A stretch of 64,000 bases of DNA from Deltaproteobacteria bacterium (GTDB lineage: Bacteria > Myxococcota_A > UBA9160 > SMWR01), in assembly GCA_032128115.1 (NCBI GenBank), contig JAQBHB010000093.1:160001-224000 (forward strand), given 5' to 3'. The notes below the pieces were generated by a model that was given only the letters and a program-made list of their open reading frames with translations, ran no database searches and had not been told where the DNA came from. This document shows, one piece after another, positions 37,401-46,432 of this stretch. Within the stretch, counting starts at the first letter, position 1, and each line of letters begins with the position of its first letter. Both the position numbers and the translations under genes were made by a program.

Positions 37401-38543
37401 ATGATTGGAATTCCGATGGATCTGGATTTCACGCAGGTCGATCTGCCGGCAGCGGTCGTCCCATCGGGATCGTGGTCCGACCGCGTCTGGACGGGAATCG
37501 GCCTCGGTCTCGACGCCACCGTGATGCGGGCGATGCAGATCGTGGTCGAACGCGCGTTGGTCCCCGCGGACGGCGACGCGGACTTCCTTCGACGCTCAGC
37601 CGCGTCGCTTCTCGACCCGGCTCTCGAGCGCAATCCGGCGCGTTTCTTCGATTTTGGCGATGCCGCGACCGCGCCACTCGCGGTGTCGACGCGCGTGCGG
37701 CGCAGCCTCGAGGGCGGCGCCGTGCAGGAGTGTCGGCTCAGGACCGGGTACCGGGCCTATGCCCCCAACGGGATCGAGCCCATCGACCGCATCTCGAACG
37801 GGGATCCAATCCGGCTCGAGCGCTGGGTCCATGGCCACGAACGCCCTCGCGGCACGGTGGTCGCCCTGCACGGTTTCGCCATGGGTTGGCCTCGCTTCGA
37901 CGCGATCGCGCTGTTTGCCTCGCAATGGTTTCGGCGCGGCCTCGACGTGGCGTTGATGACGCTGCCACATCACGGTGCCCGGAAACCCCCGCAGGCGCGA
38001 TTCTCGGGCGAGTGGTTCGCTTCACCGGACGTGGCTCGCCTCTCCGAGGCGGTGCGTGAGGCAATCTACGAGATCGGCATTGCCACCCGCTGGCTGCGCG
38101 AAGAAACCGGAGCTCCGGTGGGTCTCCTGGGTCTCAGTCTCGGCGGCTATCTGACGGCGCTGGCGGCGGCCCTCAGCGACGACCTGGACTTCGCCATCCC
38201 CATGGTGCCGCCCGCCTGCATCGGGGATCTCGCCTGGCGCTTCTACGCCAAGACGAAACACCATCGGAGCGGGGGCGAAGCGGCGATCTCGCGCGACGAG
38301 CTGCGAAGTGCCTTCCGTGTGCACTCTCCGTTGGCCCACCCCCTGCGGCTCCCGAGCGAGCGGGTGTTGATCGTTGCCGGGCGCGGCGATCGGATAGTTC
38401 CCCCGGAGCATCCCAGCGCCCTGTGGCAGCATTGGGATCGGCCGGCCATCCATTGGTTCAGCGGCAGCCACCTCGCGCCCTTCGGTCGGCGCCGCATCGT
38501 GAAGGCCATCGAACGGCATCTCGGGCGGCTCGACATTCTCTAG
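37401..38543 (+). CDS. Alpha/beta hydrolase family protein
   Basis: LHGF, LPHHGAR, GLSLGG nucleophile elbow, GDRIVP and GSH. Start 37401 or 37416. Confidence 0.85.
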   Translation: MIGIPMDLDFTQVDLPAAVVPSGSWSDRVWTGIGLGLDATVMRAMQIVVERALVPADGDADFLRRSAASLLDPALERNPARFFDFGDAATAPLAVSTRVRRSLEGGAVQECRLRTGYRAYAPNGIEPIDRISNGDPIRLERWVHGHERPRGTVVALHGFAMGWPRFDAIALFASQWFRRGLDVALMTLPHHGARKPPQARFSGEWFASPDVARLSEAVREAIYEIGIATRWLREETGAPVGLLGLSLGGYLTALAAALSDDLDFAIPMVPPACIGDLAWRFYAKTKHHRSGGEAAISRDELRSAFRVHSPLAHPLRLPSERVLIVAGRGDRIVPPEHPSALWQHWDRPAIHWFSGSHLAPFGRRRIVKAIERHLGRLDIL

Positions 38544-38688
38544 GTCCGCATCCGGCCCACCCCGCCCCACCGCGTCGGGGTAGCTGGGGTTTCTTGTCGC
38601 AGCGCACCCGCGGCACGCCCCTGGGGCGGCGCCGCATGGGCATCCGAATTGCACGGTTTCTGCGCTCAACAACGGCAAGGAGGTGGCC

Positions 38689-39585
38689 ATGACCGATTTT
38701 CTTGACGGCTATTCGATTCAGCACTGGCTCGAGTCATGTCCCCAGGGCTACCTGCAGGGGACGCAGTTCGGGCACCACCCGGAGATGAAGGAGATGGACC
38801 TGGTGCTCGAAGATCCGTTCCTGAGGGAGCAGGCGATCTCGCTCACCGTCCAACTGGTGGCGGGCGAGCGCTGTGCATTGGCTGCCTCGTCGGGGCTCAT
38901 CAATTGCGCGCCGGACGAGGGCAGCAAGCGCTTCCTGGCCACACAGACCCTCGACGAGGCGCGCCACGTCGAGATCTTCTCGCAGCGGCTCTTCGATCTG
39001 GGGGTCAAGAAGAACGAGTTGGAAGACGTGGTGAAGCAGCACGCCAACCAGAACCTCGTGAAATTTGCCGAACTCCTGCTGGAAAAGGTGGACAAGCGCG
39101 ACTTCGTTGCCGGCGTGGTGGGTCAGAACATCGTGCTCGAGGGCATGGCGTTCACCGTCTTCGAGATGCTGCACGCCGCCATGAAAGCCGCGAACCCGAA
39201 GTTCGCGCAGACGCTTTCGGGCACGATTGCCGATGAGCGGCGTCATGTGGGCTTCGGTGAGAATCGGATCGGCTCGCTGATCCGGGAACATCCGGAGCGC
39301 AAGCCCGAGGTCGAGAAACTGCAGAAGGAGATGACCTACTACATGCTGGCGACCTTCGCCGACCGGCTCCGTAACAGCGACGTGCAGGAGGAGCGGCGCC
39401 GCATGCGCGAGAAGCTGCAAGAGGCAGCCGCGACCGAGCTTCCGGCGGCGGAATGGCACGGCCTCAACCTGGCCGACGCCGAGTCCGAGGAACTCGAGAA
39501 CGTGCTCTCGAACACGGTGCTCAAGGAGTTCAAGCTGCGCCTGGGTCGCGTGGGGATCGACTACCAGACGCCGGACCGCCCCTAG
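38689..39585 (+). CDS. Ferritin-like diiron-carboxylate protein
   Basis: E..DEARH / E..DERRH ligand pattern (GERCA, DEARH, VLEGMA, DERRH); AAGGAGG RBS. Confidence 0.85.
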   Translation: MTDFLDGYSIQHWLESCPQGYLQGTQFGHHPEMKEMDLVLEDPFLREQAISLTVQLVAGERCALAASSGLINCAPDEGSKRFLATQTLDEARHVEIFSQRLFDLGVKKNELEDVVKQHANQNLVKFAELLLEKVDKRDFVAGVVGQNIVLEGMAFTVFEMLHAAMKAANPKFAQTLSGTIADERRHVGFGENRIGSLIREHPERKPEVEKLQKEMTYYMLATFADRLRNSDVQEERRRMREKLQEAAATELPAAEWHGLNLADAESEELENVLSNTVLKEFKLRLGRVGIDYQTPDRP

Positions 39586-39629
39586 ACCAGGGGCTGCGGG
39601 CCGGACCGCCCCTAGACCGGGGGCCGCGG
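39570..39629. repeat. 30-bp tandem duplication containing the ferritin-like gene stop
   Basis: GCCGGACCGCCCCTAGACCAGGGGCTGCGG followed by GCCGGACCGCCCCTAGACCGGGGGCCGCGG. Confidence 0.92.
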
Positions 39630-39649
39630 CGCGGGATCGGATGGGGAGG

Positions 39650-40132
39650 CTATTGGATCTGCTGCTCCACGGCTCGCAGCAGTCCCTCCTCGCGCCGCTC
39701 GTGGCGTTCGAATGACCTGGCGAAATCTTCCAGCGTCTGGGACGCCGCGGCCAGGGCCCCCTCTTCCACCTGGGCCGAAATGCGCGCGAGGATGTCCCGA
39801 TAGCGCGCGTGGGCCCCAACGAGTTCGACCAGGCGGGGCTTGCGTTCCGGGAGAAGGGCACAGAGGGGCGGGTAGTACAGGTGATCTTCCTGGGCAAAAT
39901 GGGTCTCGAGGGCGTCGCGGAGGCGCAGGAACGATTCAAGCGCGCGGGATTGGACATCCGGCCCGCGCAGGGCCGCCTGGGCTTCCCCGAACAGTTCGTC
40001 GATGTACCGGTGTTCCCGCGCGATCCGCTCTTCGACGGATCGGGGCGGCTCCCCGTCTTGGGGGTCCTGTCGGTCCTGCCGATCCTGTCGATCCAGGCGA
40101 TCGTCTCGATCTCCGCGGCCGTGCTTTGCCAC
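39650..40132 (-). CDS. Hemerythrin (HHE) domain protein with N-terminal DRQ repeats
   Basis: REH, HFAQEDHLYYP, AH and HERREE ligand motifs; AGGAGG before GTG 40132. Confidence 0.85.
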   Translation of the reverse strand: MAKHGRGDRDDRLDRQDRQDRQDPQDGEPPRSVEERIAREHRYIDELFGEAQAALRGPDVQSRALESFLRLRDALETHFAQEDHLYYPPLCALLPERKPRLVELVGAHARYRDILARISAQVEEGALAAASQTLEDFARSFERHERREEGLLRAVEQQIQ

Positions 40133-40188
40133 CCACATCCTCCTGTCAGGCAACACCCCATCCTATCGAATCCGCCGCGGGCTCCGAT

Positions 40189-40202
40189 ATGATGACCGTC
40201 AT
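40189..40202. promoter_or_regulatory. Crp/Fnr-type binding site candidate (ATGAT-GACC-GTCAT)
   Basis: TGA-N6-TCA dyad between the divergent hemerythrin and Crp genes; minus-strand -10-like TAGGAT at 40165-40160 places the dyad near -42. Confidence 0.65.
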
Positions 40203-40227
40203 GGCAGCCCCAAGGGGCGGATCCGAC

Positions 40228-40878
40228 GTGGACATCGAGCTGGAACGAGCAGAGCTCTATCGCGCGCTCTCGCCGGAGCGCCTGGCGAATGTCCGCTCCC
40301 TTCTGGCCGAGAAGCGCTTCTCCCGCCAACAGGTGCTGTTCTTCGACAGCGAACCAGCCACCACCGTGTGGACCGTGCGCAGTGGCGAGGTCCGCTTGTA
40401 CAAGAGCTCGCCGGGCGCCCGCCTCACCACCCTGGAGAGCCTGCATCCCGGTGAGGTGTTCGGAGCGCTACCCGCATTGGAGGACGAAACCTACGCGGCC
40501 AGCGCCGAGGCTGTGACGGATGGCACTGTGTGGTGTCTACCGCGATCGGTCTTCCGGAAGCTGCTGGAACAGGAGCCGGCTCTCAATGCGGAGATCCTGA
40601 AGATCGTCTCGCGGCGATTGAGGGAGGCCCACGAGCGCCTGCGGTCGTTCGCACACGATCCGGCCCCGGCGCGGATCGCGGGGGCCCTGTTGCGCGCCGT
40701 GCGGGGCAACGAAGCCCGAGTGACGCGCCGTGCCCTGGCCGAGGCCGCGGGCACGACGGTCGAGACTGCGATTCGCGTGCTGCGCCGGCTGGAAGGCGAG
40801 GGGGTGATCCGCGGCGAGGTAGGGCGCGTGCAGGTGCTCGATGAAGCGTCGCTGCGTCGTGCCGCCGGCGGCGTGTGA
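40228..40878 (+). CDS. Crp/Fnr-family transcriptional regulator (no FNR Cys cluster; Dnr/HcpR-like)
   Basis: VRSGEVRLYK, PGEVFG, YAASAEA and AGTTVETAIRVL helix-turn-helix. Start 40228 or 40201. Confidence 0.92.
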   Translation: MDIELERAELYRALSPERLANVRSLLAEKRFSRQQVLFFDSEPATTVWTVRSGEVRLYKSSPGARLTTLESLHPGEVFGALPALEDETYAASAEAVTDGTVWCLPRSVFRKLLEQEPALNAEILKIVSRRLREAHERLRSFAHDPAPARIAGALLRAVRGNEARVTRRALAEAAGTTVETAIRVLRRLEGEGVIRGEVGRVQVLDEASLRRAAGGV

Positions 40879-40881
40879 TCC

Positions 40882-41943
40882 CTACCGGCTCCGGTCCCTG
40901 GAGTCGCGCCACAGGTTCGCCAGTGCGTCCCACAAGCTCGATCGCGCCGTCTGCAGGTAGAGCCTGTTGTCCGACAGGTCTGCCACGAGGCGCCGGTGCG
41001 CCGTTCCGAGCGCGTGGTACGGCATCCCCGGGAACAGGTGATGGGTGGCGTGATAGCGCAGGCCCACGGGTGCCCAAAGCGCGGTGAGCAGGCGGTGGCC
41101 CGGAACGTTCACCGAATCGAGGTACTGCTCGGTGAATCCCAGTTTCCGATCGATCGGATTCCGGTAGCGGTGCGCCGCCAGGGTTCTCAGGGAGTTCAGC
41201 AGGAAGATGAGGAAGGCGACCACGACCCAGAGCGCCAGGGCCTGCCACGGCAGGATCCCCGTGGCCGCGAGCCCGATGGCAGCGGCGCCGTAGAGGAAGG
41301 TGAGAAACTCCTGGAGGCGCCAGGTACCGCCGTCTCGCGACGTGGGCGCCGGCCTGCGGTAGCTCCAGTCGATCGTGAGCGACGAAAGCCTCTCCCAGGT
41401 GAGTCGCCGCAGGCCCGGGTGCAGATACGACAGCGGCGTCAGAACCACGAATCGCGCCACCAGCACGAAGGGCAGTGCGACCGAAAGCAGCGCGTAGAGG
41501 ACGATGTTGGCGGGCGCCTGCAGGGCGAACGGGACGTATTCCCCATCGCGCGCCGTACCGTAGACGTCGCGCTTGTGGTGATCGTTGTGGACGCCCCGGT
41601 ACGTGAACGAGGGTGCCATCAGCGGGAAGCCACAGGTGAGATTCCAGACGGCACGAAATACGCCGAGGCTTCCCGTCTTCGCGTGAGCGAGCTCGTGAGT
41701 GAAGATCACGGCCCGATACAGGGCCAGGACCGCCACGACCAGTGCCACGATCCGCCAGGGCGAGGCGGCGGGAAGTGCGAGCGTGGCGGCGAACGCGGCC
41801 CAACCCAGGCCGACGTGGGTCCCGAAGTCCAGCCAATAGAGCACCGGCCGCACCTCAAACAGATCCCGGACGATCCCCTGGGCTTCGCGCAGCGGAAAGG
41901 CCCCGGATTCCACGGGCGCGTATACCAGGGCGGCTTCAGCCAT
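40882..41943 (-). CDS. Membrane fatty acid desaturase-family protein
   Basis: Three His boxes HELAH, HNDHH and YHATHH plus TM helices. Confidence 0.9.
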   Translation of the reverse strand: MAEAALVYAPVESGAFPLREAQGIVRDLFEVRPVLYWLDFGTHVGLGWAAFAATLALPAASPWRIVALVVAVLALYRAVIFTHELAHAKTGSLGVFRAVWNLTCGFPLMAPSFTYRGVHNDHHKRDVYGTARDGEYVPFALQAPANIVLYALLSVALPFVLVARFVVLTPLSYLHPGLRRLTWERLSSLTIDWSYRRPAPTSRDGGTWRLQEFLTFLYGAAAIGLAATGILPWQALALWVVVAFLIFLLNSLRTLAAHRYRNPIDRKLGFTEQYLDSVNVPGHRLLTALWAPVGLRYHATHHLFPGMPYHALGTAHRRLVADLSDNRLYLQTARSSLWDALANLWRDSRDRSR

Positions 41944-42856
41944 AGACGCGCGCCTCGATTCCCGTTCGGCCCCTCAGCTGACAGGCAATCTCCTCCAGCC
42001 TGGAGGGACTCACGGGTCGTATGTCTGCCGTCGCGGGCGGTTGATCGATCGTGTAGATCTGGACGGCGCGCGGGCCGATCTCCGACACCAGCTCGATCCA
42101 TTCGGTCACCGTCTCCGAGTCGGTATTCGAGACCGATCCCTCGATGAAACACGACTGCAGGGAGACGTCCCGAAGCAGGCTGAGTCCCAAAAGACGGGCA
42201 CCCGGTGGATGGCCGCGGGTCGGCCGGCACACGCGTTCGAAGTTCGCGTCGAGCTTGACGATGCGCTCGTCCAGGCGATCGAGGGCACTACGCACGGTGG
42301 GCGAGACTGCCTGGCTCCCGTTGGTGAGGATGCGCACCGGGACGCGTGGCCACGATCGCCGCGCCGCGGCCAGGATCCGGTCCACCACCAGTGGCAGTTC
42401 CGGATGGAGCGTGGCTTCTCCGTGGCCGGAAATAGTGATGGAATCCAGCGCGCCGATGCTGCCAGCGGCATTGTCGAGCGCGGCTTCCACCTCGTCGGCC
42501 GTGGGCCAGGCATTCGATCCGGATCGGGGAGGCGCATCCCCGTAGCTGCAATAGACGCAGTCATAGCTGCACAGGCGGCATCGCGGCGGCGTCAGACTCA
42601 CTCCTAGCGAGTTTCCCAGACGACGAGACGAGATGGGCCCGTACACGATCGAGTCGAAGGGAAGTGCAGGCTGCCCGCCGATGTGCGCCTCTTGCGGGTG
42701 CCGCCACCCGGGTGTCTCCAGCTCGGCGCGGCGCTCCATCGCCTCGCCAACGGTCGGCTCCCAGATCAGAAGATCGGGGCCCACCACGCGGTAGCCGCCC
42801 CTGGCGCGTTCGATGCGATAGCGGGGAGACGGAAGGCTCGATTTTTGATGTGACAC
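41936..42856 (-). CDS. Radical SAM Fe-S protein (COG0731/TYW1-like motif pattern) with N-terminal extension
   Basis: VYGPISSRRLGNSLG, CSYDCVYC, SGHGEATLHP and VQIYTID motifs; GGAG before GTG 42856. Confidence 0.88.
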   Translation of the reverse strand: MSHQKSSLPSPRYRIERARGGYRVVGPDLLIWEPTVGEAMERRAELETPGWRHPQEAHIGGQPALPFDSIVYGPISSRRLGNSLGVSLTPPRCRLCSYDCVYCSYGDAPPRSGSNAWPTADEVEAALDNAAGSIGALDSITISGHGEATLHPELPLVVDRILAAARRSWPRVPVRILTNGSQAVSPTVRSALDRLDERIVKLDANFERVCRPTRGHPPGARLLGLSLLRDVSLQSCFIEGSVSNTDSETVTEWIELVSEIGPRAVQIYTIDQPPATADIRPVSPSRLEEIACQLRGRTGIEARVYG

Positions 42857-42911
42857 AGCGACTCCAACGGGGGGAGACCCTTCGAGACGTAGCCCAGCCC
42901 GCCCCAAGGCA

Positions 42912-42929
42912 GTATGACCCCGGTCATAC
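42912..42929. promoter_or_regulatory. Crp/Fnr-type binding site candidate (GTATGACC-CC-GGTCATAC)
   Basis: Perfect 8-bp inverted repeat with a TGA-N6-TCA core, centred about 64 bp upstream of the radical SAM start. Confidence 0.7.
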
Positions 42930-43070
42930 CCGGCGTGACGTCCGATCGCAAAGTTCCCGGTGCGTCCCGCTGCAGGGGAAGCGACCATCAAGGCCGGCCG
43001 AGGAGCCGCCGATGGTCGAAAAGGATTCTGCGCACATCTCCTCCCTTCGGATGAGTGGAGCGATTCTGAC

Positions 43071-45545
43071 ATGCCCCTCGTGGACCCTCGCATCCTGGCG
43101 ACCTTCCGATCTCGCGGCGATCGGTGTCGCGATGCGCCCGGCATGCGCTCGCTGCCGGAGCGGATCGTGCTGGACGTGAAGGAGGGGGTGCGGCCCAGCG
43201 ACAAGCCGCCGGTCCGCATCTTCCTGGGCACGGAACCCGCCCAATATCGGGCCGAGCGGATCTTCGTCTGGTCGATCGAGCAGGTGCGTGACCCGGCGCG
43301 GATCTACGAAATCCATCTGATGAAGGAGTTGTCGGGGTTCGACCGTCGCAGGTGGCTCACGGGCTTCACCAACTACCGCTATGCCATTCCCCATTTCGCA
43401 GGCGGCGCCGGGCGCGCCATCTGGAACGATGTGGACGAGATCTACCTCGGCGACCCGGCCGAGCTCTTCGATACCGACATGTCGGGGTGCGGCTTCCTCA
43501 CGATCCCGCGCCTGTCGCCCACGGCCCGTGTGGATTCCTCGGTCATGCTGATGGACTGCGAGAAGATGGCGGCGGTCTGGTCCCTGGAGGCGGCCCAGAA
43601 CCAGGGCTCGAAGTCGCTGCTCGACAGGGCGGTGTCCGTCCCGGGACTCCACGGGGATCTGGTGCCCGAGTGGAACGCACGGGATGAAGAATACGAACCG
43701 GATCGCTCGAAGCTGATCCACTACACGGTGCTGCACACGCAACCCTGGCAGCCGCTGCCTGGGCTGTTCGTGTATCAACGCAATCCAGTCGGCCGGGTCT
43801 GGTATGACCTGGAGCGCGCAGCCGACGCCGCGGGGTACTGCGTCTTCAGCGCCGAGCGACCCAGCCGTCGCTTCCAGGCGCTGCTCGAGAACCTCGGTTC
43901 GGCCGGGGCCATGCACGCCCGGGAGCCCGGGGCAGCGGGTGTCGAAGTGGACGAGGTCCGCGCCCTGGTGGCCGAGACGGGCGCAGGCGAGGTTCTGGAG
44001 TTCTCGCTTCGGGGCGACGCCGCGGCGGATGCGGAGGCCCGGGCAATCGCCTTCCGCTACGGCGTGTCGCGCGCCCAGGCGTGCGGCCCGACCCTCTCGC
44101 CGTCCCAGGGCGCAGCTGCGCCACGCTTCGACGGCGTGGTGTGCGCCGGATTGCTGGAAGTGCTGCCCGACGAAGACGTGCCCTGGGTGATCGAAGGATT
44201 GTTCGCCCGGGCAGGTCGTTTTGTCTACGCGGCAGTCGATGATGCGCCCAACGAGCGCGTGCTTCCGAACGGGAGCACCCAGGAAATCCGATCCCGGGGT
44301 CGATCCCGCTGGCTCGCCAGTTTCGAGGCCGCGAGCGCCCGCCACCCGAACGTGCGCTGGAGGCTCGCGCTGTGGACGTGCGGCCCGCGCGGGCGTCGGA
44401 AGCTCCGAGTGCGGGAAGGGGGCCGGGCGCTCGGGGGCACGCCCCGGGTCTGGGTGATCAACGATGGCTCAACGGAGCATGCGGAGCAGGCGCTCGGGCT
44501 GGCAGAGTCCCTGGGCTGGCCCTTCCAGGTGAAGCGGGCGAAGTCGTCCGCGCTGGCGCGGCTGGGGCGCCGCCACTGGATCCCCGGGCTTGGACTCGAT
44601 CCCGACACGAGCCGTGGAGAGACTTCGTGGCCCGACCTGGTGATCGCCTCGGGGCGATCGGGTTCGCGCGCCGCCCGATGGGTCGGCCGGCGCAGCCACG
44701 GTAGAACGCGGGTGGTCGAACTCGGGACTGGCCGCGAGCGGAGCGCCGAACCCTTCGACATCGTGATCGCGTCCGGCTGCTCCGATGTGCCGCCCGATCT
44801 GCGCCGCATCGAGACAACGGGGCCGCTTGCAGGCGCCATCGGCCGGCGGCCCACCGGTGGCGCGGCGCCTCGATTGCACGGCATGTCGCACCCCCGCGTG
44901 GCGCTCCTGGTGGGGAGACGAGAGCGCAGCGCAGCGGCGATACGGCGCATGGCCGACGAAGTGGCTCGCTCTGCCCAGGCCGCGGGCGGCGCGGCCTTCG
45001 CCGTCTCGTCTCCCAGAACACGACTCCGGATCGTCCGGGCCCTGGCCCGCGGGCTCGGCGGCGACCTCGCCGTGCGGCGGTCGAAGCCATCGAAGAGCGA
45101 GCTGTGCGATCCCGACCACCTGGCCGCGGCGGACGCCCTCGTGGTTCCCGGGACCAATGAGGCCCTGCTGGTGCAGGCGGTTGCCACCGACAAGCCGGTG
45201 TACATCTACCGGTTGCCGCGGCAACGGGTCGGCATTCGGCAGCGATTCGCCCGTTGGGTCCACGGGCGGGCGCGGGCGCGACCCCTCAACCGCCGCGGCA
45301 CCGTTCGGCCGCAACAGGGCCTGGAGTACCTGTGTGCCCGGCTCGTGGAGCGGGGATTCGTCTGCCCTCCGCGGGATCCGGAAGTGCTATGCCAGGCGCT
45401 GATTCGCCGCGGTCTTGCAAAGCCGTTCGGCGCCACCCTGGACGCGACCGAGCGTACTCCGTTTCGGGAGGCCGAACAGGTGGCCGCCCGGCTTCGATCG
45501 CTCCTGGGATCGCCCGCCGCACCCGGGGCGCACGCGACTCACTGA
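43071..45545 (+). CDS. Multidomain protein: GT-A (GT8-like) glycosyltransferase + degenerate methyltransferase-like domain + ELM1/GtrOC1-like domain
   Basis: TGFTNYRYAIP..RAIWNDVDEI, SSVMLMDC and LIHYT..TQPW; FDGVVC..LLEVLPDEDVPWVI; PRVWVINDG..H..QALGLAESLG..WPDLVIASGR. Confidence 0.8.
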   Translation: MPLVDPRILATFRSRGDRCRDAPGMRSLPERIVLDVKEGVRPSDKPPVRIFLGTEPAQYRAERIFVWSIEQVRDPARIYEIHLMKELSGFDRRRWLTGFTNYRYAIPHFAGGAGRAIWNDVDEIYLGDPAELFDTDMSGCGFLTIPRLSPTARVDSSVMLMDCEKMAAVWSLEAAQNQGSKSLLDRAVSVPGLHGDLVPEWNARDEEYEPDRSKLIHYTVLHTQPWQPLPGLFVYQRNPVGRVWYDLERAADAAGYCVFSAERPSRRFQALLENLGSAGAMHAREPGAAGVEVDEVRALVAETGAGEVLEFSLRGDAAADAEARAIAFRYGVSRAQACGPTLSPSQGAAAPRFDGVVCAGLLEVLPDEDVPWVIEGLFARAGRFVYAAVDDAPNERVLPNGSTQEIRSRGRSRWLASFEAASARHPNVRWRLALWTCGPRGRRKLRVREGGRALGGTPRVWVINDGSTEHAEQALGLAESLGWPFQVKRAKSSALARLGRRHWIPGLGLDPDTSRGETSWPDLVIASGRSGSRAARWVGRRSHGRTRVVELGTGRERSAEPFDIVIASGCSDVPPDLRRIETTGPLAGAIGRRPTGGAAPRLHGMSHPRVALLVGRRERSAAAIRRMADEVARSAQAAGGAAFAVSSPRTRLRIVRALARGLGGDLAVRRSKPSKSELCDPDHLAAADALVVPGTNEALLVQAVATDKPVYIYRLPRQRVGIRQRFARWVHGRARARPLNRRGTVRPQQGLEYLCARLVERGFVCPPRDPEVLCQALIRRGLAKPFGATLDATERTPFREAEQVAARLRSLLGSPAAPGAHATH

Positions 45546-45560
45546 ACCGGGGGAGGGAAC

Positions 45561-46283
45561 ATGATCCAGATCGCCATCGGGACCCAGACCAACCAGTACG
45601 TTGGGCAGAAGGTGCTCGAATACACCATTCGAAAACACAGCCGCGAGGAGGTGGATATCCGCTATCCCGCGCAAACCGCGAAACGCATGGGCGGAACCCG
45701 CTTTGGATTCGTTCGCTTCCAGGTTCCGGAGGTCTTCGGCTTCAAGGGGCGGGCGATCTACCTGGATGCCGATCAGCTCGTGTTCTCCGATGTGCGTGAG
45801 CTGGTGGATCAGCTCGACGACGCGCATAGCATCGGAATCGTGCGGAATATTTTCGGATCTTTCGCCGGGAAGCCGGTCCCGGAGCGCAACGAGACGAGCG
45901 TCATGGTGCTCGACTGCGAGAAACTCGGCGACTGGACCACCGATACGCTTTTCAACGGTGTGGTCTCCAACCTGGCACCTCTGGGTCCGGGCCAGATGCA
46001 TTACATCGATTTCATGCGACTCGCCTGGGTGGATCCGTCGCTCATCCAGGCCATCGACACCCGCTGGAACCACTACAACGTCATCAACGACGACACCAAG
46101 CTCGTGCACTTCAGCCACGTGCGCGACCAGCCCTGGAAGAAGCCGTCGCATCCCTACACGCAGGTCTGGGTCGAATCGATGCTCGAGGCCATGGATCACG
46201 GCTTCGTAACACGTGGCGACCTGGTGCGGGCGGTGGGCCGGTTCCACATCCATCCGCATTTCGCCCGCTACGCGTTCCACTGA
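45561..46283 (+). CDS. GT-A fold (GT8-like) glycosyltransferase
   Basis: TRFGFVRF..GRAIYLDADQLV (DxD), TSVMVLDC, WNH and LVHFS..QPW motifs. Confidence 0.85.
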   Translation: MIQIAIGTQTNQYVGQKVLEYTIRKHSREEVDIRYPAQTAKRMGGTRFGFVRFQVPEVFGFKGRAIYLDADQLVFSDVRELVDQLDDAHSIGIVRNIFGSFAGKPVPERNETSVMVLDCEKLGDWTTDTLFNGVVSNLAPLGPGQMHYIDFMRLAWVDPSLIQAIDTRWNHYNVINDDTKLVHFSHVRDQPWKKPSHPYTQVWVESMLEAMDHGFVTRGDLVRAVGRFHIHPHFARYAFH

Positions 46284-46432
46284 GCCGTGGCGAACCAGGC
46301 CCTCCGGGTCAGGGACCGCCCCCGCTGTAGCCGCGGAAGTCACCGGCTGGGCCCCGGGGAAAGATCTCGTAGGTGTGCTAGGCACTGAGCGGGGGAGCAT
46401 TGCCACGCGCGCCCGCGCCGTGGATCCGTTCG

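Noticed and set aside
38649..38665. Sigma-54-like motif TTGCACGGTTTCTGC upstream of the ferritin-like gene
   Set aside because: Lacks the conserved GG at -24.
41936..42856. Calling the radical SAM protein a wyosine synthase (TYW1)
   Set aside because: Only the general motif pattern is shared; wyosine is not a bacterial modification, so function is left open.
46284..46432. Possible riboswitch or structured RNA before the MMPL gene (CCCCCGCT...AGCGGGGG pairing)
   Set aside because: No recognisable riboswitch consensus; short GC pairings are expected by chance. An Rfam scan would settle it.
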